From Selenomonadaceae bacterium (GTDB lineage: Bacteria > Bacillota > Negativicutes > Selenomonadales > Selenomonadaceae): 64,000 nt of DNA. The notes under the pieces were generated by a model, which was not told the DNA's origin, ran no database searches, and was given only the letters and a program-made list of their open reading frames with translations. The position numbers and the translations under genes were made by a program. Shown here in pieces: positions 55,073-64,000 of the stretch (position 1 is the first letter of the stretch; each line of letters opens with the position of its first letter). Where the stretch lies: assembly GCA_022773425.1 (NCBI GenBank), contig JALFBM010000031.1, positions 13,905 to 77,904 of the forward strand, written 5' to 3'.

Positions 55073-56445
55073 CAGCGTCCCTCCCCCGCTTCAAAAAAGT
55101 CCTCGGGCAGGTCAACGCCGTAAAGCGCGAACTTATCGTAAAAGCTCGGCTTCAGCCCCGTCGAGGCGAAATGTCCGATGGCCTTGCCGTTCTCATCAAC
55201 GCCCGTCTGCACATATCGGAACAGATCCTGCGTCGTAATGATGTTATCCTCCATGTGCTGGACCTCGGTGATATAGGTGACCTTGCGGCTGCCGTCGCGA
55301 ATACGCGACTGCTGCAGGATCAGATCGATGGCCGACGAAATCTGTTCGCGGATGGCGCGCACCGGCAGCTCGAGGCCACTCATGAGCACCATCGTCTCCA
55401 GGCGCGAGAGGGCGTCGCGCGGAGTGTTCGCATGCGCCGTCGTCAGCGAGCCATCGTGGCCGGTATTCATGGCCTGCAGCATATCGAGCGCCTCGCCGGA
55501 ACGGACCTCACCGACGATGATACGGTCCGGGCGCATACGCAAGGCGTTGCGCACGAGATCGCGGATCGTGATTTCGCCCTTGCCCTCGATGTTGGCCGGG
55601 CGCGCCTCCAGCGTCACGACGTGATTCTGCTGCAGCCGCAGCTCGGCCGCATCCTCGATGGTCACGATGCGTTCGGTCTCGGGGATAAACGATGAGAGCA
55701 CGTTCAGCGTCGTCGTCTTACCGGAGCCGGTACCGCCCGAGACGAGGATATTGATGCGCGCCTTGACGCAGGCCCGCAGGAAATCCGCCATCTTCGTGTC
55801 GAGCGTGCCGAACGAGATCAGGTTCTCGACGCTGAATGGCTTTTTCGAGAACTTTCGAATGGTCAGGCATGGCCCCTTGAGAGAAAGCGGCGGGATGATG
55901 ATGTTGACACGCGACCCATCTTCGAGACGCGCGTCAACCAGGGGGGATGACTCATCGATCCGGCGCCCGAGCGGCGTCAGGATGCGCTCGATGATATGCA
56001 TCAGATGTGCCGTATCGTGGAACTTCACCTTCGTGAGCTCGAGCTTTCCCATGCGCTCCACATAGACCTGGGAGGGGCCGTTGACCATGATCTCGGTGAC
56101 GGAGTCATCCTTATGCAGGGATTCGATCGGCCCGAGACCGAGCATATCGTCGGCGATATCGGATACGAGCTGCTTGCGCCGCCCGCGCGGCACCAGGAAT
56201 GGATCCTCCTCGATATAGCGCTGCACATAGCCGTCGATGATACGTTCAACCTGCCGCGGATCCTGATGGTTTGTCGTGAGGACCTGCTGTTCCTCCAGCG
56301 TCATCTCATCGATAATCCGCTGATGGATGCGCTGCTTGACGACGAGATACGAGTCCTCGCCCGTATCCTGCTGTTCTTCGGCAGCAAAGATACGTACCTG
56401 ATGATTTTCGCCGTCTTTCCGGCCAAGTCTCGTAAGTAACGACAT
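55072..56445 (-). CDS. cpaF: Tad pilus secretion ATPase CpaF/TadA
   Basis: Walker [10 protein letters not shown], Walker B, Asp and His boxes of the VirB11/CpaF type. Start at ATG 56445 (MSLLTRLG) after AGGAGG. Confidence 0.9.
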   Translation of the reverse strand: MSLLTRLGRKDGENHQVRIFAAEEQQDTGEDSYLVVKQRIHQRIIDEMTLEEQQVLTTNHQDPRQVERIIDGYVQRYIEEDPFLVPRGRRKQLVSDIADDMLGLGPIESLHKDDSVTEIMVNGPSQVYVERMGKLELTKVKFHDTAHLMHIIERILTPLGRRIDESSPLVDARLEDGSRVNIIIPPLSLKGPCLTIRKFSKKPFSVENLISFGTLDTKMADFLRACVKARINILVSGGTGSGKTTTLNVLSSFIPETERIVTIEDAAELRLQQNHVVTLEARPANIEGKGEITIRDLVRNALRMRPDRIIVGEVRSGEALDMLQAMNTGHDGSLTTAHANTPRDALSRLETMVLMSGLELPVRAIREQISSAIDLILQQSRIRDGSRKVTYITEVQHMEDNIITTQDLFRYVQTGVDENGKAIGHFASTGLKPSFYDKFALYGVDLPEDFFEAGEGR

Positions 56446-56537
56446 CGCATCTGCCTCCTGGTATGGATGTATATTTTCTGCCTGCAGCAAACGCTTGCCG
56501 GCAGTCGTTTTCAAAAGAAAAGAGCAATGAGCATGGC

Positions 56538-57011
56538 TCATTGCTCCTGTTGTAAATAGCCTTCCTGAAGCATCTGATATTGAATTTGAAATTTCCGGAC
56601 GGATTCCGGAATAAAATTCTTTATGGCATAGATGGCACTGTTGTCATCCTTCATCCTTGCGGTGATGGTCACGCGGACATCGTGAACCTGCCCGCCCTCC
56701 ATCACCGGTTGAATCGTATAGCCGCCGTCCGTGATTTCGTACATATGCTGCGATTTTTCTGCCTGCTGGACATACTTGTTCCGCACCTGGTCATAAGCCG
56801 CCTGGATGGGAACGGCGTTCTTGCCGTCTCCATACGACTGCTGTGCGGTGATCGATGCCTCGCGCGCAGAGCTTCTCGCGAGATTGTTGAGGGTCAGATA
56901 ATCGGAAAACAAAAAACCGATATAGGCTATCCCAAAAAGAAACATCAGCAGAAACGGCATGACCAAAGCAAACTCGATAACGTCTTGACCTCGCTCATTG
57001 TTCTTCCACAT
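56538..57011 (-). CDS. tadE: TadE-like pseudopilin
   Basis: N-terminal GQDVIEFALVMPFLLMFLFG motif. Confidence 0.75.
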   Translation of the reverse strand: MWKNNERGQDVIEFALVMPFLLMFLFGIAYIGFLFSDYLTLNNLARSSAREASITAQQSYGDGKNAVPIQAAYDQVRNKYVQQAEKSQHMYEITDGGYTIQPVMEGGQVHDVRVTITARMKDDNSAIYAIKNFIPESVRKFQIQYQMLQEGYLQQEQ

Positions 57012-57058
57012 CTGTCATACCTTCTACTTTGGACAAAAATTATTTGCTGGCAGTGCCG

Positions 57059-57238
57059 TTAACCAAACATCGTAGCAACACCATCGAATGCATTCTTGAC
57101 CTTATTCTGCAGAGTTCCGCCGTTGCCGACAGCAACGGCTACGACGACGATGAATGCCAGGATCAAGGCATACTCGACGATGCCCTGTGCCTTCTCGCTC
57201 AGATAACGAGCCTTTACGTAATCGATGATCTCCTTCAT
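57059..57238 (-). CDS. flp: Flp-family type IVb pilin (59 aa)
   Basis: Not in the ORF track (under 60 aa). The reverse strand gives MKEIIDYVKARYLSEKAQGIVEYALILAFIVVVAVAVGNGGTLQNKVKNAFDGVATMFG*. Flp motif G/IVEYALIL. GGAGGAG RBS 6 nt upstream. Confidence 0.9.
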   Translation of the reverse strand: MKEIIDYVKARYLSEKAQGIVEYALILAFIVVVAVAVGNGGTLQNKVKNAFDGVATMFG

Positions 57239-57280
57239 AATGAACTCCTCCTAAAAAGTATAGATAAAAATGGATGTATA

Positions 57281-57302
57281 TAGATCCCCGAAGGGAAATC
57301 TA
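57281..57302 (-). promoter_or_regulatory. Intercistronic stem-loop with UUCG tetraloop between tadB and flp
   Basis: Minus strand UAGAUUUCCC-UUCG-GGGGAUCUA: 9 bp with one bulge. Confidence 0.5.
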
Positions 57303-57308
57303 TCGCCG

Positions 57309-58274
57309 TTACATTTTGATATCCACGATGCGCTTGATGACGATGCAGCCGATGATCTCGAGCACGATCGCTCCGCCAATCGCCATGCGGCCCGTTGGCT
57401 CCTCGAACAGCGGCTGCAGGTAGCCGGGATTCACGAAGTAAAGCGCAGCGGCGATCACGAAGGGCAGGACGACGAGTACCATGCCGGACATGCGGCCCTG
57501 GGAGGTCATCGTCGCGATTTCCCGGCGCATGCGCACGCGGTTCTCGACGGTCTCACAGATCGTGTCGAGGATCTGCGCGAGATTGCCGCCGACCTGCCGC
57601 TGAATCTCGACGGCGGTCACGGCGAGCTCGAAATCCGAGCTCTGCATGCGCCGCGCCATTTCCTCGAGGGCCTTGTCCATCGACGTGCCGATGCGGATCT
57701 CGGCGATGGCCTTCGTGAGCTCCTTGCTCATCGGGTCGCCCATCTCTTGGGCGACCAGCTCGATGGCCTGCATGAAGCTAAAGCCGGAACGCAAGGCGTT
57801 CGAAACCATCGTCAGCATATCGCCAAGCTGCCCGACGAACGCGTCCTGGCGCCGCTTGATGCGGATGGAAAGCCACATCAGCCCGGCGATAACGCCGGTA
57901 AGCGCACCGAGCAGCACGCCGATGACCGTCTGGATCAGGATGCCGCCGACCGCGGCGCCGAGCACGCCGAGCACGGCGAGTCCCGTCTGGAACTCCGTGC
58001 CGAGCAGCGGCAGATCCGCCTGTTGCATGCGGAAATCAAGATCCGCGGCCTTGTGTACATCGTTCCAGAACAGGGACAATTTCCGCAGGACGGCAAGCAT
58101 CCGCGCGCGAAAGTCGTTTTTCTCCCCCTTCTGACCGGGCAGTGCCCGATGCGCCTCAGAAAAGAACTCGAGGCGTTTCACGAGCCTTTCCTTGCTCGCC
58201 TGCCGATAACGGAGCAACCCGCAGAAGAGGAGAAACAGGCCGAGGGAAATCAGGATGATGCCAAACCCTCTCAT
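57309..58274 (-). CDS. tadB: Tad pilus platform protein TadB (T2SS F-type)
   Basis: 321 aa with a T2SSF-type domain. ATGA overlap with the upstream cpaE stop. Confidence 0.8.
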   Translation of the reverse strand: MRGFGIILISLGLFLLFCGLLRYRQASKERLVKRLEFFSEAHRALPGQKGEKNDFRARMLAVLRKLSLFWNDVHKAADLDFRMQQADLPLLGTEFQTGLAVLGVLGAAVGGILIQTVIGVLLGALTGVIAGLMWLSIRIKRRQDAFVGQLGDMLTMVSNALRSGFSFMQAIELVAQEMGDPMSKELTKAIAEIRIGTSMDKALEEMARRMQSSDFELAVTAVEIQRQVGGNLAQILDTICETVENRVRMRREIATMTSQGRMSGMVLVVLPFVIAAALYFVNPGYLQPLFEEPTGRMAIGGAIVLEIIGCIVIKRIVDIKM

Positions 58275-59401
58275 GGCTTATCCCACCTTATCCGATGCCG
58301 TCCGATGATGTGTTCCGCGAGGCGGTTGATGCTCTTCGCAAGCTCGCTGTCCGGCTCGAGATCCATCGCCATGCTGCCATTGTCCGCCGCCTCCGAGACG
58401 ACCTGATAGGCATTCGGCACGATGGTCTCCACCGGCTCGCCGAGTTCCTGCTCGAGCTTCTGCTTTTCCCGCATATCGCACGGCGAAACGCGCGTGAACA
58501 CGGTCCGCACTCGCTCGTCGTAGTCCTTCCAGTCTTTGAAAATCTCCAGGGCGCGGCGCGTATGCTGCAGCTCATAGCCGCCGTTCAGCATCGTCACGAC
58601 ATAGACCGTATCGGATAGCTCCGACGCCGCAATCGAGGTCGGGTTGAATCCCGGCGGTACATCGATCAAGATGTAGCGGTACAGACTGCGCGCCATGCGG
58701 ATGATGTTCTCAAAATCCCCGATGCCGACATTGTCGATGAGATTCGGCTCAGCCGTGCCGCAGAGCACATGCACGTAATCCGAGACCGGAACAAAGTAGC
58801 TGTTCAGCGTGACCGGGGAAAGGAAGGATACGTCATGCGCGGCCTCGACGATGGTCGCCTGCGGCGTCAGGTTGAAGAACACGGCCATATCGCCGAACTG
58901 CAGATCCGCGTCGATGACGCCGACCTGTTCCTTGGTGCGCCGCCCGAGCGTCATCGCGAGGTTCGCGATCAGCGAGGTCTTGCCGCTCTTACCCTTCGGC
59001 GAGAAAAACGTCATGACCTGCGAGGAAACCTCCATGCCGCTTTTCGCGAACGTCTTGACTGCCGCCTGCAGCTCCTCTGGCGTGAACGGCTTGACAAGAT
59101 ACCCTTTCGCACCGGCCTGCACAAGCTGGCTGACGCCGGCGGCCTGCCAATTCTCGCTGAGACACAGGATGGTCGCGCCGGGATATCCCCGGTTGAACTC
59201 CGCAATCTGCTTGATGCCTTCTTTGTTGTCGATATCGAGCAAGATCAGGTTTGGCTTAAATAGCACACCCTGTCCGAGCGCGTCGCTCGGCGCCTGATAG
59301 CGCGCGACCAGCTGAAAGTTATCCCCCGCCTGGCGGACAGCTTGTGCGAGCTGCTCCAGCATCAGGCGGTTGCGTTCTACCAGTAAAACGCGATACGCCA
59401 T
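58271..59401 (-). CDS. cpaE: CpaE/TadZ: receiver-like domain + ParA/MinD-type ATPase
   Basis: N-terminal REC-like fold (VLLVERN, LILLDID, YLVKPF), then the deviant Walker A FFSPKGKSGKTSL. Confidence 0.8.
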   Translation of the reverse strand: MAYRVLLVERNRLMLEQLAQAVRQAGDNFQLVARYQAPSDALGQGVLFKPNLILLDIDNKEGIKQIAEFNRGYPGATILCLSENWQAAGVSQLVQAGAKGYLVKPFTPEELQAAVKTFAKSGMEVSSQVMTFFSPKGKSGKTSLIANLAMTLGRRTKEQVGVIDADLQFGDMAVFFNLTPQATIVEAAHDVSFLSPVTLNSYFVPVSDYVHVLCGTAEPNLIDNVGIGDFENIIRMARSLYRYILIDVPPGFNPTSIAASELSDTVYVVTMLNGGYELQHTRRALEIFKDWKDYDERVRTVFTRVSPCDMREKQKLEQELGEPVETIVPNAYQVVSEAADNGSMAMDLEPDSELAKSINRLAEHIIGRHRIRWDKP

Positions 59402-59407
59402 GCCCTC

Positions 59408-60244
59408 TTACTCCTTTCCAAACAGCCGGTGGAAAAGTCCGCCGCCGCTTTTTTCCTCCGAATGGTCCGGATATTCCTCCTCGTAATGCTGATTCGTCGA
59501 GCGATAGACAAGCTCGCGCAGTGCGAGGCCGAGGCCATCGCTGCCATGCGACAGGACGAGCGGCACACCGCTCTTGATGGACGCATTCGCCGCCTTGAAA
59601 TCGTTCGGCAGGATATGGTAGAAGTCCTCGCCGAGAATCCCCTTGACCTCGTCCATCGGGATACGCGTTTTCGCGTTGCTGCGGTTCAGCACGATGCGGA
59701 GCTTGTTGCGGTCATAATTCAATTTCTTCAGGGTATCGATGCCGCTTTTCATGTTCTTGATGGTCGGGATAAAATCGACAATGCCGAGGAACACGACCAC
59801 CGTACTGATATCGAGCATCGAGAGGTTCAGCACGCTGAACATCGAGGTCGTGTCGATGACCACGTAGTTGAACATGGTCTGCAGCTGCTGCACGACGCGT
59901 TTCACGGCGTCCGCCTTGATGTTGTAGGCTTCCTCGAGCAGCGACGGATTCGCCATGACGTAGAACACGACGCCGTCATGCTCGTACGGCGTCAGATATT
60001 CCTCCACATGGGCGTCACTGCCCTCAACCGCAAAGGCCTGCTGCGCGTCCGCCATGGTGCTTTCCGGCATGAGTTGCAGGTAATTGCAGACATCGCCGAA
60101 CTGCAGGTCAAGGTCCAGCAGGCAGACCCGGTAGCCGTTGCGCGCGAGCTCCGCCGCCAGGTTCGTGCTGACGAGTGTCTTGCCGACGGACGAAGCCGTG
60201 CTGAAAAAGGTGACGATAGCGCCCTTCTGTTCGATCTCCGCCAT
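59408..60244 (-). CDS. Second ParA/MinD-like CpaE paralogue without receiver domain
   Basis: 278 aa. The P-loop FFSTASSVGKTLV lacks the signature Lys (KGG replaced by ASS). MinD-like core (LLDLDLQFGD). Confidence 0.65.
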   Translation of the reverse strand: MAEIEQKGAIVTFFSTASSVGKTLVSTNLAAELARNGYRVCLLDLDLQFGDVCNYLQLMPESTMADAQQAFAVEGSDAHVEEYLTPYEHDGVVFYVMANPSLLEEAYNIKADAVKRVVQQLQTMFNYVVIDTTSMFSVLNLSMLDISTVVVFLGIVDFIPTIKNMKSGIDTLKKLNYDRNKLRIVLNRSNAKTRIPMDEVKGILGEDFYHILPNDFKAANASIKSGVPLVLSHGSDGLGLALRELVYRSTNQHYEEEYPDHSEEKSGGGLFHRLFGKE

Positions 60245-60250
60245 GCCTGC

Positions 60251-61849
60251 TCACATCCTCTGTATGTCATCCGCGGTCAAGATGACCGGGCCCTCGGTGC
60301 TGTTTTCCGCTTTGCTGGATTTTGCAGCCGTTTGCTGCACCTTTGCCGGCTTCTGCACTTTGACCGTTTTCTTCGCCTTCGGCGGCTCTGGTTTTGCCTT
60401 GGCCGCCGACTGCTTGGGCTTCGTCTGCTCGACCGGCGGCACAGGCTCGTTCAGGTTGACCCGCTCGCGCATCTGATCCTCCTGCCGCATATCCCGATAC
60501 GCCTTCTTCATCGACGAATCCATGGCGACAGGCGTCGTTTCATTGACCACACGCGGCGTGATCAACACGAGAATTTCCGTCTTGTCCTTGGTCTTGTCGT
60601 GATATTTGAACAATTCGCCAAGCACCGGGATTTTCCCGAGCAGCGGAACACTTTTGACGCTTTCCTCATCGTCGGAATTCATCAGCCCGCCGATCACCAT
60701 GGTCATTCCCGACGGGATATTCACCATGGTCTCCGCGGTGCGCTCCACGATGACCGGATTGTCGTTCACAAGGTTGCTCCAGTCCACCCGACTGACCGAC
60801 GCCACGAGGCGGCTGGTCACATTGCCCTCCCGGTCGACATCCGGTTTGACCAGATCGAGCTCGATGCCATAGTCCTTCCAATCGGTCGAATAATTGCCTG
60901 CGTCATCTTTTGTCGCATAGGGAACCTGCCCACCGATCTTGATGCCGGCGGTCTTGCCGCTCATCGTCGTGATGTTGGGCCGCGAGATCACGCGCGCCTT
61001 CCCCGCCTCCACGAGGGCATGGAGTTTCGCGTGAATATCGGCAAAATGGGTGTAGAGCCAGTTCTTGGAATACCAATGCCCCTGATCCTTATCGCGGTAG
61101 GTTTTCCCCGTCGCCAGCGTATACGTGCCATTGTAGCTGGTCGACCCACCGTATTCCATGCCCAGCATTTTCTCATCATCGTTGCGGATTTCCACGATCT
61201 GCGCTTCGATGTTGATCTGATCTGGATTGGTCATCTCCAGCAGGTTGATGACATTGGGGTTCTCCCAATCGGCATCATCGACCGAAATGGCGTCCGAACC
61301 ATGTTTCAGCAGGGTCTTTTTGTCCGTTTTCGAGGCAGCCATTTGGACGTTGCTGCTCCCGTCCTGATTGTTCTTCCCTTCGCTGCCGCTTACCTTTCCC
61401 AGATAAAGCGCGGCGATTTTGCCGGCTGTCTCCTTTTCGCGCAGATTCGCTACGGTGCCGCGGAGCAGGACCTTATCACCGACCTTCTCGACCTTGACGC
61501 CGGGCAGGTCGATCGCCCGCTGGATCAGCGACGCGAGGCCCGTATCCCTCGGCGACACGCTGACCGTGAATTCCTGCCGCATGCCGTTTGCCGTCCAGAC
61601 CGTCAGGCTCGTCGAGCCGGACGCCAGCGCGATGATGTTGATGGCGTTCTTGTTGATGACATTGACATCGGCGATTTTCGGATTCGTGACCGCGACGCGC
61701 GTGATGCGGCTGTTCTGCGGCATATAGTAAGACTGATTGACCTCGAGCCAGATCGGCTGCACATAGGCGTATGCCGGTGCTGCCGCAACGATGGACGTGA
61801 GAACCGCCGTCATGGTACCGATACCCAGTTTGCTGACTTTCTTGTTCAT
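60251..61849 (-). CDS. cpaC: Tad pilus secretin CpaC/RcpA
   Basis: Signal peptide (AAPAYA), N-domains, a secretin core (VISRPNITTMSGKTA...IPVLGELFK) and a Lys/Pro-rich tail. Start at ATG 61849 (MNKKVSK), 11 nt after GAGGAG. Confidence 0.85.
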   Translation of the reverse strand: MNKKVSKLGIGTMTAVLTSIVAAAPAYAYVQPIWLEVNQSYYMPQNSRITRVAVTNPKIADVNVINKNAINIIALASGSTSLTVWTANGMRQEFTVSVSPRDTGLASLIQRAIDLPGVKVEKVGDKVLLRGTVANLREKETAGKIAALYLGKVSGSEGKNNQDGSSNVQMAASKTDKKTLLKHGSDAISVDDADWENPNVINLLEMTNPDQINIEAQIVEIRNDDEKMLGMEYGGSTSYNGTYTLATGKTYRDKDQGHWYSKNWLYTHFADIHAKLHALVEAGKARVISRPNITTMSGKTAGIKIGGQVPYATKDDAGNYSTDWKDYGIELDLVKPDVDREGNVTSRLVASVSRVDWSNLVNDNPVIVERTAETMVNIPSGMTMVIGGLMNSDDEESVKSVPLLGKIPVLGELFKYHDKTKDKTEILVLITPRVVNETTPVAMDSSMKKAYRDMRQEDQMRERVNLNEPVPPVEQTKPKQSAAKAKPEPPKAKKTVKVQKPAKVQQTAAKSSKAENSTEGPVILTADDIQRM

Positions 61850-61857
61850 GACCGTAC

Positions 61858-62919
61858 TCACTCCTCACTCGATTTCGTTCCGCGCAGGATCTCTATGCCA
61901 TTCGATATCGCCTGAACGGCGCTCGCCGCAGGGGATGGCGCCGCAGCCGGCGCTGCAGGAGCAGCCGGCGCGGGCGGCGTATAGGAGGCGGGCGGCGTAT
62001 AGCTATTGCTATGCGTCGGCGCGCTCGAGGACGTGTTCGCTGGCGGCGTGTAGTTCGTCGCCGGTGCCGCCGGCTGATCCTTCCCCTTGTTCGTGAGCAG
62101 GAAATAATCCGTATCCACCGTGAAGATATCCGTCGGATCGACCGGACGGAGCACGAGATAGACCGTACCGCTCTGCGATGCCACCGCGAGCTTCAGCGAC
62201 TCCTCCGGCGTCAGCGCGAGCGTTGCCGTCGCCATCTGTCCGCTGCTCTTGCCCGTATCGGCCGCCTTGGCATCCTTTTTCTTGTCGCCGCTGCTATTTT
62301 CATTGCTGCCGCTGTCCTGCACCGTGTTCTCGACGCTGTCGAGGCCGGTTTTATTGATGCCGAGCAGCAGGACATTCTGCAGGAGAATCTCGCCGGAAAT
62401 CCCCTTGTCGTCCGCCTTGCCCGAGATGATCATGACGTCAACGTAGTCCCCTGGCTTGGCAAAGCCCGCGATGCCCGTGATGTCCGTGATCGGCACAGAG
62501 ATGGCGCGGCAGTCCGGGGGAATCATGCCGACGAAGCCGGCCTTCTTCGGATCCATGAAGACCTTCTTGTCCGTCAGGACGTCGCCCTGCTGGATCGCGA
62601 CGCTCGTCGGCTGGTCCGTGACCTCGCTGACATCGTGCGCCGCGCCTGCCGGCACCACATCGACCGGCATCTCAACGACGCGCACCATATTCTCTTTGAT
62701 GATGGTCCGCTGCGGGATATCCTGCTTCGCAACCACAACGCGAACCGTATCCACATGGCTCGCCTGCTTGTTTCCGCTGTCTCCCGAGGAAAAAATAAAT
62801 AAGAGCAGGCCAAAGAACACACACGCGGCGCCCGCAAGGAGCATCCATTGCTTTTCCGTCAGATGTATGCGTTCGAAGAACCTGCCGAGGTTTTGGGTGA
62901 ACTTCGGCAGCTTGGGCAT
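61858..62919 (-). CDS. cpaB: Flp pilus assembly protein CpaB/RcpC
   Basis: N-terminal TM segment, SAF-like and RcpC-type regions, and a Pro-rich C-tail with three YTPPA repeats. The start is uncertain (ATG 62919 preferred over 63021). Confidence 0.7.
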   Translation of the reverse strand: MPKLPKFTQNLGRFFERIHLTEKQWMLLAGAACVFFGLLLFIFSSGDSGNKQASHVDTVRVVVAKQDIPQRTIIKENMVRVVEMPVDVVPAGAAHDVSEVTDQPTSVAIQQGDVLTDKKVFMDPKKAGFVGMIPPDCRAISVPITDITGIAGFAKPGDYVDVMIISGKADDKGISGEILLQNVLLLGINKTGLDSVENTVQDSGSNENSSGDKKKDAKAADTGKSSGQMATATLALTPEESLKLAVASQSGTVYLVLRPVDPTDIFTVDTDYFLLTNKGKDQPAAPATNYTPPANTSSSAPTHSNSYTPPASYTPPAPAAPAAPAAAPSPAASAVQAISNGIEILRGTKSSEE

Positions 62920-63313
62920 AAAAGCAACAACCTCTTCCCTCTCTGTATTGACATAGGGACATCTTGTTTCTCTACTCTTATTTATATCGGATATCCCTTT
63001 GTTTATCTTAGAATCTATCATAACATAAAGTTAAAAGTTTTTCTATGAAAATTTTTTCATTTATCGAAGTTTTCGTTAAAAAAATGTAATTCGCCATCCA
63101 ATCGCAGGGAAAGAATGTAAAAAACCAATAAAAAAAATAACATTTCGTTTGTATTTTCTCCTTTCTGCCAAAACATGCGAGGAAAATCCCGCCAGTGGCA
63201 CGCAGATGTACGGGAAAATGGCATGCGGGCACTATCAAAGGAGTGGCTCTCATGTTACAATAAAGGAAAGGCAAAAAAAGGCATCGATAGAAAAAATACG
63301 GGAGGGGATTGTC

Positions 63314-63958
63314 TTGCTATTCCTTACGCTTTTCAAAGTGGCGGCAGCGATAGCGCTCGCGGTCGTCGGCGCCATCCGCGGGAGTCAGTGGATCGACGCG
63401 AGCTATGCGCGGCGGCCGGATATCTTGACCGATGCGGGAGCAGTCTACGCGCAGAACGCGCACCGCGGTGCACGGCTCGCGGCGGTACTCGGCTTCCTGT
63501 TCTGCCTCGTGGCATGGCGCATCAACGGACTTCTCGCGACGCTCGCGGCACTCGTACTGATGTATTTCTGCGCGCTGTTCACGTTCACAGACCTCGAGCA
63601 GCGCGTGATCTTCGACCGCATGATGATTCCCTTTGCCCTGCTCGGCATCGTCTTCACGATCCTCACGGGGACGGGGATTTTCAACCATATCGGCGCGGCG
63701 GTCGTCTACGGCCTCGTGTTCCTGCTGCTGTCGATCCTGACGCATGGCAGCCTGGGCGGCGGTGACATCAAACTCGTGGCCGCGCTCGGCCTGTGGGTAG
63801 GCTCTGAGCACCTGCTCTACATCGTGCTCGGCGGCATCGTGCTCAGCGGTCTCGCCGCGTTCCTTCTGCTCGCCACGAGACGCCTCTCCCGCAAAGATTA
63901 CCTCCCCTACGCCCCCGGCTTCACCATCGCCACCGTCTTCGTCACGCTGCTATGCTGA
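63314..63958 (+). CDS. cpaA: A24-family prepilin peptidase (CpaA/TadV-like)
   Basis: Polytopic, with catalytic Asp motifs FTFTDLEQRVI and GGGDIKLVAALG. The start is uncertain (TTG 63314 after GGGAGGGG; the ORF-track start at 63149 is unlikely). Confidence 0.7.
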   Translation: MLFLTLFKVAAAIALAVVGAIRGSQWIDASYARRPDILTDAGAVYAQNAHRGARLAAVLGFLFCLVAWRINGLLATLAALVLMYFCALFTFTDLEQRVIFDRMMIPFALLGIVFTILTGTGIFNHIGAAVVYGLVFLLLSILTHGSLGGGDIKLVAALGLWVGSEHLLYIVLGGIVLSGLAAFLLLATRRLSRKDYLPYAPGFTIATVFVTLLC

Positions 63959-64000
63959 CGCCGCCCAAAAAACGGCTGAAAACGCACCAAAAAGGGGCTG

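Noticed and set aside
59429-61915. 828-aa plus-strand ORF
   Set aside because: It is antisense to cpaE-like, cpaC and cpaB genes that all have clear family motifs and RBSs. The translation is an Arg/His/Asp-rich shadow ORF.
1-64000. Mobile elements, prophage, CRISPR, rRNA/tRNA genes
   Set aside because: I recognised no transposase, integrase or phage-like translations, no terminal inverted repeats, no repeat-spacer arrays and no tRNA T-loop or rRNA-like stretches while reading the window.

Overview
GC-rich bacterial chromosomal segment. Strong GGAGG-type RBSs, frequent ATGA start/stop overlaps and several GTG/TTG starts look Firmicute-like. KdsD, a PgaA-type beta-barrel porin and a Tad secretin point to an outer membrane. 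A Negativicutes-like diderm anaerobe is my inference, not a result. All family assignments come from reading the translations and recalling motifs; no searches were run. (1) 1-27 kb holds about 25 co-directional minus-strand genes with tiny or overlapping junctions. They comprise a hut module (hutD/hutI/hutU, a HutF-like deiminase and an M20 amidohydrolase); an AcnX two-subunit dehydratase, RpiR and a LarA-like protein; a NifI1/NifI2-type PII pair; Fe-ADH, ALDH, ADP-forming acyl-CoA synthetase, IorAB and a 2-hydroxyacid dehydrogenase; a split NitT/TauT ABC importer; and an SSS symporter. (2) 27-38 kb is housekeeping: thiT, hsp20, pfkA, a ZTP riboswitch in front of a short purH, rsmG, kdsD, a cytidine-deaminase-like gene with a degenerate zinc site, a CYTH protein, an LCP protein and malic enzyme. 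Two dense DnaA-box clusters lie here, and the second coincides with a local gene-strand switch. (3) 38-43 kb is visibly less GC-rich and carries an AAA/DUF4143 ATPase, a large polytopic membrane protein and an FAD oxidoreductase. (4) 43-52 kb holds gyrA without gyrB, then an E. coli-type pgaABCD operon led by a Ppx/GppA-family gene. (5) 52-64 kb is a Tad/Flp pilus locus. It includes a 59-aa Flp pilin missing from the ORF track and two tandem CpaE/TadZ paralogues. I saw no rRNA, tRNA, CRISPR array, transposase or integrase. Many long ORFs in the track are antisense shadow ORFs typical of GC-rich DNA. The most unusual item is the nitrogenase-less NifI-type PII pair embedded in the catabolic super-operon and coupled to an orphan ABC ATPase.
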